Shown piece after piece: positions 1 through 8,774 of a stretch of 64,000 nucleotides of DNA (positions are counted from its first letter, which is position 1; every line of letters starts with the position of its first letter). The DNA is from an uncultured Acidobacteriota bacterium. Its GTDB lineage: Bacteria > Acidobacteriota > Thermoanaerobaculia > Multivoradales > SZUA-115. The notes below the pieces were generated by a model. That model worked only from the letters and a program-made list of their open reading frames with translations, did not search any database and was not told the DNA's origin. The position numbers and the translations under genes are program-made. The stretch lies in NCBI GenBank assembly GCA_963805975.1, contig CAWDVR010000003.1, forward strand, positions 1-64,000. Reading direction: 5' to 3'.

Positions 1-85
1 CTTTCCTCGACCGCACAGCCACTCGCCTTATCGGAGCCACCGCAGCCGGTCGGAGGAAGCGCTGCGGAGGGGACTAGCAATCTGT

Positions 86-331
86 GTTTTCGATATACGA
101 AAACCCCCCGCTCGCAAGCTCGCGGGACGCTTGCCAGGGGGAGGCCCCCTGGACCCCCCGGAGGCTCGCTTCGCTCGGGAAGAGCCTCTACCGCTGCGCA
201 CTGGCTTCCCATCTTCCCGAGTCTGCGAGCAGGGTCCAGGGGTGACCCTTGGCCAGCCAGGCGAGCCGGCGAGCCGCGTTTTCGGACCATGAAAACCCGA
301 GCCCGGCGAGGGGTTTTCGTGGGACGAAAAC
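86..331. repeat. Three copies of a 19-bp palindrome GTTTTCG-N5-YGAAAAC (86-104, 278-296, 313-331); probable protein-binding or recombination sites
   Basis: Read directly: gttttcgATATAcgaaaac, gttttcgGACCAtgaaaac, gttttcgTGGGAcgaaaac, in a region with no credible CDS. Confidence 0.75.
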
Positions 332-608
332 ATTGCTGGCAGGGTGTGGAGCGTCGAAGGCTTCGATGAGCAGGAGTGCCAGGTGCGACGGCAGCGCCAG
401 CGCATGGGCAACGGGCAGGGCTCGCGCCGCCGACCCTGAACAGACCTTGGCCCTCTGGGACGACGACTGGCTCCGCGACTGACCCCTGGCCAGCCCGACT
501 CCTGCATTCAACTGAGCCCTTAGGCGCGCGACAAGTGGGGGGTGATCCTACAAGCCGCTCTGGAGCGGGTCTTCGGAGCAAGAACTCATTACAGAGAGGA
601 GCGTTTGT

Positions 609-2909
609 ATGAAGTTGTGGAACAGAGAACGAGGAAGGCTCCTGAGGGCGGTTTGGGGGCTCGCACTGGGGCTCTGCCTGGCTGGCACGGCCGAAGGAGA
701 TCAGCGGCGCGCCCTGCTGATCGGCATCGACGACTACCTGGGCGCCCGGCCGCCCGGCGCGGCCACTGGGAAGGTCACGGGCCGCGCGGAATGGCACAAC
801 CTGCAAGGCGCGGTCAATGACGTGTGGGCCCTGCGCGAGGTGCTCCTTGCCCACTATCGCTTCCGGCCCGAGGAGATCCTCCTGCTGACCGACCAGGCAG
901 CCAGCCGCCGGGCCATCCTGGAGGCTGTCGAGCGCCATCTGCTCGCTCCCGCGCAGCGGGGAGACGAGGTGCTGTTCTACTTCTCGGGCCACGGCTCCCA
1001 GCGCATCAACTCGCTTTCCGACGAACTCGACCATCGGGACGAGACCCTGGTTCCAGCCGACTCGCGAGCTGGCGCGGACGACATCCGGGACAAGGAGCTG
1101 CGGCGCCTCTTCAACCGCCTCCTCGACCGAGAGGTGCGGCTGACGGTGATCTTCGATAGCTGTCACAGCGGCTCCAAGGGCCGGGGCATGCCGCCCGGGA
1201 GCATGGCGCGGGTCTTGCCGAGAGATCCGCGCGACGTAGCCGACAGCTCGCCGGCCGGGCCCCGGCCCGAGGATCGCGGCGCCCTGGTTTTCTCAGCGGC
1301 CCAGGACTTCGAGCTGGCCTACGAGGAACGAGACGAGCGCGGCCAGATGCGCGGGGCTTTCTCGCTCGCCCTTCTGCAGGCGATCGCCGGCGGCGGGGAG
1401 GACGATTCCGCCGACGAGCTTTTCCTTCGCGCCCGTGCCAGGCTCCAGGCTGCCGCCGCGCGCCAGGAGCCCGTGCTGGCGGGTCCGGCGGAGCGTCGCG
1501 CGACGCCGCTGTTCGGCGCTGCGAGGGCCGGTCACGCGGCCGGCGGGGTGGTGGCCGTGCAGCGCCTGGAGGCCGACGGCACGGTGCTCCTCGAGGGTGG
1601 GTGGGCGAGCGGCTTGGCGGAGGGGAGCGAGCTCGAGCCGGCGATTGAGGAGGCGGGCTGCCAGCCAAGGCTCCGCGTCACCCAGGTCGAGGGCCCGGCC
1701 GCGAGTCGTGCGCTGATCGTGGGCGAGTCTCGGCAGCCGCTGGCAGTCGCGCTCGCCCCCGGCGCGCTCTTCCGCGTGGTCCAGTGGCGCATGGCGAGCG
1801 CTCCCTCCCTGCGCCTGTGGGTGCCGACCGCTTCCGAGCCCTGGGAGACGCTCTCGGCCTCGGCGAGCCAGCTGGAGCGCGTCACCCTGGCTCGCGGCTG
1901 GGTCTGGGTAGAAGACCCGGTGGCCCAAACTCCGACCCACGTGCTTCGCCCGGAGGGGGACGGCTGGAAGCTGGTCGAGCCGGCGGGCCGGGTCCGCGCG
2001 CTCGGTCCACGCCTGACGGCCGAGCGCGTCACGCGCGAGCTGACCCTGGCGCCGCCGCCCATCCGGCTCTTTTTCCACCTGCCGGCGCCCCAGGGCCTGG
2101 CGGCGATCGATCTTGGCGCGGACGCAGACCACAGCGCCATCGCCCGCATGCCTGGCCCCGAGGGGGCCGACTACTTCCTCGTCGGCCGCCAGGTGGGATC
2201 CAGGATCGCTTTCGCCTGGATCAGACCGGGAGCCGGTGCTGGCGACCAGGGCCGGCTCGCCGTGCCGCCGCGGAGCGAGTGGTGGCGCTGGCCGGCCCCC
2301 GAGACCGCCGCGGCGCTCGAGCAGGATGCTTTGCGCCTCGCCAAGACCCTCGCCTGGCTGCGGCTGCCTTCGCCGCCCGGAGGCGGCTTTCCTTACCATC
2401 TCGCTCTGAGGAGCGGAGAGGGAACGGAGCGACAGACTTCCGGCAAGCTCGCCGGGGGCTCGCAGCACGGTCTCCTGCTGTGGGCCCAGCCCGCGGAGAT
2501 CGTCTCCTCGCCGCTGCCTCGCTACATCTACGTCTTCGTCCTCGACTCCTGGGGCAAGAGCACTCTGCTCTTCCCGCCCCCCACCATAGGCAGCACGGAG
2601 AACCACTTCCCCCTGGCCCACGAGGGCCACGGTGCGCCGCCCGCGGAGATCGTCCTCGAACCGCAACCCTGCCTCGAGGTCACCGAGCCCTACGGCATCG
2701 ACACCTACTTCTACCTCACGACCACCCAGCCGCTCTCCAACCCGGCCGTGCTGGCCTTCCCTGGCGTACGCCAGCGCGGGCCCGGGGGCGCGACCTCCCT
2801 CGAGCGGCTGCTCGCCGACTGGGTGTCCAGCGAACGCGGGCAGCCGTGGTTCGAGACACCGGCGAGCTGGTCGCTCGAGCGCCTGACCTTCGAGACGGTG
2901 GCGCCCTAG
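609..2909 (+). CDS. Exported caspase-family (peptidase C14, metacaspase-like) protein with DUF4384-like C-terminal domain
   Basis: Signal peptide; RALLIGIDDY; catalytic FYFSGHG and IFDSCHSG; acidic DELDHRDE loop; GAFSLAL p10 motif; C-terminal YIYVFVLDSWGKSTLLFP; RBS gaggag. Confidence 0.9.
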   Translation: MKLWNRERGRLLRAVWGLALGLCLAGTAEGDQRRALLIGIDDYLGARPPGAATGKVTGRAEWHNLQGAVNDVWALREVLLAHYRFRPEEILLLTDQAASRRAILEAVERHLLAPAQRGDEVLFYFSGHGSQRINSLSDELDHRDETLVPADSRAGADDIRDKELRRLFNRLLDREVRLTVIFDSCHSGSKGRGMPPGSMARVLPRDPRDVADSSPAGPRPEDRGALVFSAAQDFELAYEERDERGQMRGAFSLALLQAIAGGGEDDSADELFLRARARLQAAAARQEPVLAGPAERRATPLFGAARAGHAAGGVVAVQRLEADGTVLLEGGWASGLAEGSELEPAIEEAGCQPRLRVTQVEGPAASRALIVGESRQPLAVALAPGALFRVVQWRMASAPSLRLWVPTASEPWETLSASASQLERVTLARGWVWVEDPVAQTPTHVLRPEGDGWKLVEPAGRVRALGPRLTAERVTRELTLAPPPIRLFFHLPAPQGLAAIDLGADADHSAIARMPGPEGADYFLVGRQVGSRIAFAWIRPGAGAGDQGRLAVPPRSEWWRWPAPETAAALEQDALRLAKTLAWLRLPSPPGGGFPYHLALRSGEGTERQTSGKLAGGSQHGLLLWAQPAEIVSSPLPRYIYVFVLDSWGKSTLLFPPPTIGSTENHFPLAHEGHGAPPAEIVLEPQPCLEVTEPYGIDTYFYLTTTQPLSNPAVLAFPGVRQRGPGGATSLERLLADWVSSERGQPWFETPASWSLERLTFETVAP

Positions 2910-2912
2910 CGG

Positions 2913-4028
2913 CTAGCCGCCGATCTGGGCCATTGCGCAACGGGGGATGTTGTACTCGAAGCGGTTGGCCGGCAGCAGGTCGAGCAAGTCGAGCAACGGC
3001 GAGGTGTCGGTCGGGGGCTCGGTGGTGGAGCGCGGGGCTCGCTCGACGGGCGGCAGGGCGGTCAGGCGGAAGACCGGGACCGGGCGCTGATGGCGCGGGG
3101 GCCGGTTGGCCAGCAGCTCGTAGAAGAGCTCGAAGTGATAGTCGACGTAGTCTTGCGGAGCTTGTGTCGGCCCCTGCTGGGCATACGGCACGAAGCTCTC
3201 CCGCGGCAGGTTGAGGACCGCGATCTCGACCACCCCGGCTTCGGGCGTGAGAGTCATGGTGCGGGCCGTCGAGCCGCCGAACGGCGTGGCCTGCACGCTG
3301 ACCTGCTGCCCCTCGATCTCGATCTCGACGACGACCACGTCGGCGGCGGCGCGGGGCCGGAACCCAGGCCAGGGCAGCGCCTCGGGGAAGGTGCGGAGCT
3401 CGACCGGGACGATGTCGTCCGGAAAGCCGCTCAGGCGGAACGTCTTCGCCTTTCCCTGGGTGAGCGGCCAGCGCGCCTTGATCAGATCCTTCTTGGGAGC
3501 CGGCTCGAAGACGTCGGTGTCCACGGCCTGCCAGGCCGGGTCGAGCCTGCCCAGGTCGACGACCCAGCCGAAGTCCTCGCGGTCGTCCCGGTCGTTGGGC
3601 ATGAGGCCTCCGGCGGCCGTCTCGCCCAGGTCGAACCGCTCGGAGTTGCGCGACAGGACCTGCAGGCTCGGCGCGGGCTGAGGCTGGCCCGGGTCGCCCG
3701 TCTGGAGCGTCAGGATGACGTTGTCGAGCTTCCACGAGCTGCCGTTGCGCAGCGCCTGCCGGAGCAGGTTCAGGGACTCCACCGGGTCCTCGGAAAGGGC
3801 CTTGGAGCCGAAGACGAGAGACGCGATGTCGGAGTCGGCGCTGCACTCTCCCTGGCAGCTCCCGGCGCGGGCCAGGAGCACGGGCTGATGGAGCGGCACG
3901 CTGTGCTCGCCGCAGCTCGCGTGGCCGGCGTGGCTGGTGTCCACGAGCAGCGCGGTCATCTGCTTTCCCGAAGGGTCCGGCACGAAGGCAATGAGACCGA
4001 GGAAGTAGATCCGCAGCATGAAGCTCAT
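2913..4028 (-). CDS. Hypothetical protein (371 aa) translationally coupled to the CHAT gene
   Basis: Starts MSFMLRIYFLGLIAFVP after RBS aaggaggg; the ATG overlaps the CHAT stop (ATGA); only this 3' part of the 1265-aa ORF has protein-like composition. Confidence 0.8.
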   Translation of the reverse strand: MSFMLRIYFLGLIAFVPDPSGKQMTALLVDTSHAGHASCGEHSVPLHQPVLLARAGSCQGECSADSDIASLVFGSKALSEDPVESLNLLRQALRNGSSWKLDNVILTLQTGDPGQPQPAPSLQVLSRNSERFDLGETAAGGLMPNDRDDREDFGWVVDLGRLDPAWQAVDTDVFEPAPKKDLIKARWPLTQGKAKTFRLSGFPDDIVPVELRTFPEALPWPGFRPRAAADVVVVEIEIEGQQVSVQATPFGGSTARTMTLTPEAGVVEIAVLNLPRESFVPYAQQGPTQAPQDYVDYHFELFYELLANRPPRHQRPVPVFRLTALPPVERAPRSTTEPPTDTSPLLDLLDLLPANRFEYNIPRCAMAQIGG

Positions 4029-7000
4029 TGTTCCCTCCTTGAGGACGGGCCGCCGAGCGAGGCGGCCCCGATCAGTTCGAACGAGGCCCAAACCCGTGGC
4101 GAACGCCTTCTGTCGTTGGGGCTCCGGAGCTCCAGGAGCTGGGCGGAGCGCAGCGCTTCCGCTGCGGACGCCCCCTGCCTCAGGTTCTCGTGGAACGCTC
4201 TCAGGAGCTCCACGGTGGACTGGTCGGGGACCTCCCACAGGCTGCCGAGAACCGCCGGGATGCCGGCGCCGAGGAGCGGCCGAACCAGATGCGACACTCC
4301 CTGGGCGCCGAGGTCTCCCCCCGCGGCGGAGCTGCACGCCGAGAGGACGATGATCCGTGCGCGGCCCAGGTCCAGCCCCAGGAACTCCTGGGCGTAGATC
4401 TCGCCGGTGGAAGCGGCCGAGGGCGCGAGCACCAGGTAGGAGCCGGCGGCTTGGCTGACCGCGTGGCCGGCGAAGTGGATGACGGTGTGGCGGCCTATCT
4501 CCTGGAGGAAAGCTTCCTTGGTTGCCTCGGCTCCCGTGAGGGTGATGGCGTCCGGGTAGAGCCGTGCAACCTCCTCGCCTTCGGCCGCAGCGCCGCGCAG
4601 CGGCTCGAGGCCCGGGAAGCGCGAGCGGTCGAAGGCGGGGCTGGCGACCACCAGGATGGAGGGCCGCTCCTCTCGGCCGAACCCGACGTCGCGCTGCTGG
4701 GCGAAGGCGTACAGGGTGGCGCTCGGTGCCACGGTCACCGAGTGGTGCTCGATCAAGAAGCTGCGGGTCCGCCGATCGCGCAGCGCGGCGAAGGGCATGC
4801 CTTGCAGGGCTGGGTCGGGCACGAACACGAGGTGCTCGCGCGGCTCGAGGTGCTCGCGGATGGGTTCGATCAGCAGCCGGTCGAAGGCGGTGAGAAAGGC
4901 TTCGATCGCGGTTTCGTCCGCCGGATCTTGGCGCGAGATGGCCTGGTGGAAGCCCGCGAGCTGAGCATCGAGCTCGCCCCGGTCCACCGGGTGGGCGAAG
5001 AGCCGCGTTCCTGTCCGGCGCACGGTCCAGATCAGCAGCCGATCCCCGCGCAGGGCATAGACGACGAGGACGGTGCCGGCGGCTGTCCGCCGGCGGATCT
5101 GGGCTCCGGTTAGAGGCTCCTCCGGCACGCGGAGGAAGCCTCCAACGGCCGACAGCGAGGGCTGGAGGTCGCCCACCAGGTCCAGGAGCTCCCGGCCCTG
5201 GAGCCGCTCCTGGTAGGTCAGCGCGTCCTCGGCACGCTCCTCTCCGGCGAGGAGCTCGACCAGCTCGGCGAAGGGTGCGGTCTGCTGGGCAAAGTAGCGG
5301 GGCCAGAGATCCTCGTGCTCGCCCCGCCGTCGCTGAGCGAGCGTCCTGCGCCACTCCTCCTCCACCGCGCTCACGGCCGCCTCTAGCGCCCGGGCGGCTT
5401 CCGCCGGCCGGGCGAGCTTGCGCAGGGCCCCGGCCGCGAGCAACAGGAGCCGCGCGCGGTAGACCGGGTACTGCACTTGCTCGAGCAGGTCGAGCGCCCG
5501 CTGGAAGAAGGTGAGGGCGAGCCCGGGATCGGCCGACATCGCCAGCCGCCCCTTGACCTCGGAGAGACAGATCTCGAGCGGCAGCCTGAGCTCCGGTTCC
5601 TCGACCTTCTCGGCCGCTCTCGTCGCCGTGGAGAGGTGGCGGCGCGAGCGCTCGACCTGCCGGCTCTCGAGGTCGTCGACGGCTCGCGTGCAAAGAGCGT
5701 TCGCCAGGTCGTAGGGGTTGCCGCCTTCTCGGATCGCGGCGAAGCGGCTCTCCTCGACGAGCTCGGCCGTCGGCGAGCCCGGGACAGCGGCTGCGGCCTC
5801 GCCGAGGATGCCGGAGCGATAGCGGGGCTCGCGCACCAGCGGGAGCCCCGCGAGTGCGCTCAGGCGGTGGCGCCAGGCGAGGTCCGGCTTGCCCAGCCGC
5901 AGGAACCGCTCGGCCAGCCGAGCGTGGATGCTGGCGGCGCTCTCCTCGTCGCCGAGCCGCTGGTAGCGCTCGAGCGCCGCGAGGTAGGAGTCGAGGCTGT
6001 CGAGCGGTCGCGACAGCGTCATCTGCGCGAGGCCCCTCAACCAGTGCGCGCGCGCCTCGACGCTTCCGTAGGACAGCTCCTCCGCCTGGCTCTCGAGAGA
6101 GGAAGCCTCGGCCAGCGCGGCGAGTGGACGATGCCGCAGGAAGGCGCAATGGGCATGGCCCAGGCCGGCGCGCAGGTGCATGGGGCTTCCGCCCTGGAGG
6201 AGGGAGTCCCTTGCGCTCTGGAACTCTGCCTCCGCGGTCGAATAGTCGTCCTCGGCCAGCCGCCCGGTGGCGCGGACGTAGGCCCGATGCCCCGCCAGGA
6301 GGGCCGTCCGGCGCCGGTCCGAGGGACCCTTCGTGGCCTCCTCGAACCGCTCGACGACGTCCCGAGGGAGGCGGTCCCCGGTCAGGGCCGCGAGCTCCTC
6401 GGCGATCCGCCCCGCCCTGGCCAGAAGCGCATCCGCATCGAGCAGCCGGCCTTGCTCGACCGCCTCGGCGCACTTCGGCAGGAGCTCTTCCTCGACGAGC
6501 TGCTTCGCCGCGGCCCTGAATGGAGAGACCAGCTCTCGGACCCGTTCGGGGGCAGGCAGGGCATCGCCGCGGCCCAGCTCGCTCTTGGCCGCCGCCCACC
6601 GCTCGGCGGCCGAGGGCCGGGCGAGGTGGTGGAGCCGCGCCCGGGCTTCCTCGGACTCGCGAGAGCCGGGGTCGAGACGCAGGTAGGCCTCCCAGCTCTC
6701 CCGGCTGCACGAGGAGAGGGAGAGGGCATCGCAGAGCAACCCGCGATTGAAGGACGCCTGCGGCAGGTGAGGCGCCAGGGCGACGGCCCGGGCGACGAGG
6801 TCCAGGGCCCGGACGAGGTCGGATGGCTGGTCCGCGCTCTCGGCCTGCATCATGTAGGCGGCTCCGAGGTCGTTCAGGAGCTCGGCGGGCGGCTTCGGCT
6901 GAGATTGCCTGAGATCTTCGAGCTGATGGATCACGGCTGAGACACGCTCCGGGTCGGCCAGGAGGAGGGCGCCTGCGCCGAGAGCCGGCGGCTGGGTGCC

Positions 7001-7276
7001 CACTTCCAGTTTGCGGTCCGTGGGCTTAGAACCCGGGCGCGCCCGCTTGGGGGAGCCGCCGGCAGAAACGTCCTCGCCCGGCCGGGGCTCGTCGCAGAGC
7101 CGCCACTCGGAGTCGAAGAGCCGAGGGCAGAGCGCCCGCGGCAAGGGCGGCTCGGCGGTGGCGTGCCGATCCGGAGGCGGCCCACAGCCCCACCAGCCGC
7201 CGAGGGCGAGGAGCAGCAGAAGGGACCTGGACGGGGCGGAGAGCGAGCGGTCTTCGATGGCTGAGCCCTCTGTCAC
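4025..7276 (-). CDS. TPR-CHAT domain protease, probable lipoprotein or membrane-anchored
   Basis: Hydrophobic N-terminus ending WWGC; TPR-like helices; CHAT motifs LVFVPDPALQGMPFAAL, IHFAGHA (His), VLSACSS (Cys), SLWEVPD, WASF. Confidence 0.92.
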   Translation of the reverse strand: MTEGSAIEDRSLSAPSRSLLLLLALGGWWGCGPPPDRHATAEPPLPRALCPRLFDSEWRLCDEPRPGEDVSAGGSPKRARPGSKPTDRKLEVGTQPPALGAGALLLADPERVSAVIHQLEDLRQSQPKPPAELLNDLGAAYMMQAESADQPSDLVRALDLVARAVALAPHLPQASFNRGLLCDALSLSSCSRESWEAYLRLDPGSRESEEARARLHHLARPSAAERWAAAKSELGRGDALPAPERVRELVSPFRAAAKQLVEEELLPKCAEAVEQGRLLDADALLARAGRIAEELAALTGDRLPRDVVERFEEATKGPSDRRRTALLAGHRAYVRATGRLAEDDYSTAEAEFQSARDSLLQGGSPMHLRAGLGHAHCAFLRHRPLAALAEASSLESQAEELSYGSVEARAHWLRGLAQMTLSRPLDSLDSYLAALERYQRLGDEESAASIHARLAERFLRLGKPDLAWRHRLSALAGLPLVREPRYRSGILGEAAAAVPGSPTAELVEESRFAAIREGGNPYDLANALCTRAVDDLESRQVERSRRHLSTATRAAEKVEEPELRLPLEICLSEVKGRLAMSADPGLALTFFQRALDLLEQVQYPVYRARLLLLAAGALRKLARPAEAARALEAAVSAVEEEWRRTLAQRRRGEHEDLWPRYFAQQTAPFAELVELLAGEERAEDALTYQERLQGRELLDLVGDLQPSLSAVGGFLRVPEEPLTGAQIRRRTAAGTVLVVYALRGDRLLIWTVRRTGTRLFAHPVDRGELDAQLAGFHQAISRQDPADETAIEAFLTAFDRLLIEPIREHLEPREHLVFVPDPALQGMPFAALRDRRTRSFLIEHHSVTVAPSATLYAFAQQRDVGFGREERPSILVVASPAFDRSRFPGLEPLRGAAAEGEEVARLYPDAITLTGAEATKEAFLQEIGRHTVIHFAGHAVSQAAGSYLVLAPSAASTGEIYAQEFLGLDLGRARIIVLSACSSAAGGDLGAQGVSHLVRPLLGAGIPAVLGSLWEVPDQSTVELLRAFHENLRQGASAAEALRSAQLLELRSPNDRRRSPRVWASFELIGAASLGGPSSRREQ

Positions 7277-7342
7277 CCGCGCCGGGCGGATGCATTCCTG
7301 GCTATAGTTTACGGTCGCGTGCGGTGACTGTTAAGATAACAA

Positions 7343-8005
7343 GTGCTTATCCTGTCCCGCTCTCCCCCGGGAACAAGCCGCGGACCCTCGAGGTCGGTCT
7401 CCTCCTCCACTCCCAGCAAGCTTGGTATTCGACTCGTGGCCGCGAAAGACGAAAAGTTCCGGCGACTCTTCGAGCAGTACTATGAAGACGTCGCGCGCTT
7501 CTTTGCACGGCGCAATTTCCCACGGGAGATCGCACTGGAGCTTGCACAGGAGACGTTCTTGCGGGTCTACAGGGGAATGGACAGCTACCGCGAGGATGCG
7601 AAGGCGCGGACCTGGATCATGGCCATCGCGACGAACCTGCTCTCCAATGTCAGGCGGCACGACCATGCCAAGGACCGCCATCTGGAGGTCAAGCCCCAGG
7701 ACTTCCCGGAAACCGAGCAGAACCCCGTCCGCGAGACGGCCGACACGGCCTATAGCGGGCCTTTCGAGCGGCTGTCCGACCTCGAGCGCCGCCTCCGGCT
7801 CCGCCGGGCCATCCTTACGCTGCCGCCGCGGATGCGTCAGGCGATCGTCCTGCGCATCGTCCACGAGTTGAAATACCGCGAGATCGCCGACGTCCTCGGC
7901 ATCACCATCGAGACCGTGAAGACCCTGCTCTACCAGGCGAAGCTCCGCCTCAAGGAGAGCCTGGGCCTGCGCGGGGACGCATCCCCGGAGGATGAAGGTG
8001 ACTGA
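7343..8005 (+). CDS. ECF-type RNA polymerase sigma-70 factor (true start may be GTG 7436)
   Basis: Region 2 ELAQETFLRVYR...RTWIMAIATN; region 4 LPPRMRQAIVLR...YREIADVLGITIETVKTLLYQAK. Confidence 0.92.
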   Translation: MLILSRSPPGTSRGPSRSVSSSTPSKLGIRLVAAKDEKFRRLFEQYYEDVARFFARRNFPREIALELAQETFLRVYRGMDSYREDAKARTWIMAIATNLLSNVRRHDHAKDRHLEVKPQDFPETEQNPVRETADTAYSGPFERLSDLERRLRLRRAILTLPPRMRQAIVLRIVHELKYREIADVLGITIETVKTLLYQAKLRLKESLGLRGDASPEDEGD

Positions 8006-8774
8006 GAAGCCGGAGCTCGCCACGGCGCTCGAGGCCCTCGCGGCCGAACCCGGCGATGGCCTCGGCGCGCCCAACCCCGAGGACGTGCTTGCATGGGTCG
8101 AAGGCAGGCTCGCTCCCGAAGACGCGGCCTGGGTAGCACGGCAGGTGGAGAGCGACCCCGAGCTCGCGCTGCTCGCCGACGACATGGCGAGCTTCCTCGC
8201 CGGCCGGCCGCTGGCGCAGGAGCCGTTCCTCAGCCCGGAGGAGAAGGCGAGCGGCTGGGCGGCTGTGGCCCCGCCGGTCGAGGTCGCCCCGTCCGTCTCA
8301 CGCCGGCTCTCGCCTCGAACGCTCTGGCTCCGGCGGGCCTTCGCCGTGGCAGCGGGCCTGGCGGTCGTGGCCCTGGGCGCGCGCTGGCAGCAGCAGGAGT
8401 CCCTTCGCCGTTTCGGTGAGCCCATGCCCAATGCACTGCTGCTCGTCGACCCCGTGGAATCGGCGCGCGGCGTGGGAGGAAAGCCGCAGGAGGTCCCCCT
8501 GCCTCCAGGACCTGCCGTCCACGTCCTGCGGCTGCGGCTGATCCACCGCCCGGAGCGAGAGGAGCTGCGGCTGGAGATCCGCCGGGCCGGGCAGACGGCA
8601 TCCCCTCCGCTGTGGGCCGCGGACGGCGTGCGCCTGGAAGAAGGCGAGACCGTCAGCCTCCGGCTGGGCGGCAACTACCTGCCCCCGGGGGCGTACGAGA
8701 TCGTGCTCCTCGAGCGGGATGCCTCCACGACCCGGGAGATCGAGCACTACCGTCTCATCGTGCCACCTCGGTAG
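7992..8774 (+). CDS. Putative membrane-spanning anti-sigma factor
   Basis: Overlaps the sigma stop; N-terminal degenerate zf-HC2-like segment (PEDVLAWVEGRL..., no His/Cys); one TM helix (AFAVAAGLAVVALGA); beta-rich C-terminal domain ending LPPGAYEIVL. Confidence 0.7.
   Translation: MKVTEKPELATALEALAAEPGDGLGAPNPEDVLAWVEGRLAPEDAAWVARQVESDPELALLADDMASFLAGRPLAQEPFLSPEEKASGWAAVAPPVEVAPSVSRRLSPRTLWLRRAFAVAAGLAVVALGARWQQQESLRRFGEPMPNALLLVDPVESARGVGGKPQEVPLPPGPAVHVLRLRLIHRPEREELRLEIRRAGQTASPPLWAADGVRLEEGETVSLRLGGNYLPPGAYEIVLLERDASTTREIEHYRLIVPPR

Noticed and set aside
4029-6710. N-terminal ~890 aa of the 1265-aa ORF 2913-6710
   Set aside because: Arg/Pro/Gly-rich alternative frame overlapping the CHAT gene; the real gene starts at 4028 after an RBS
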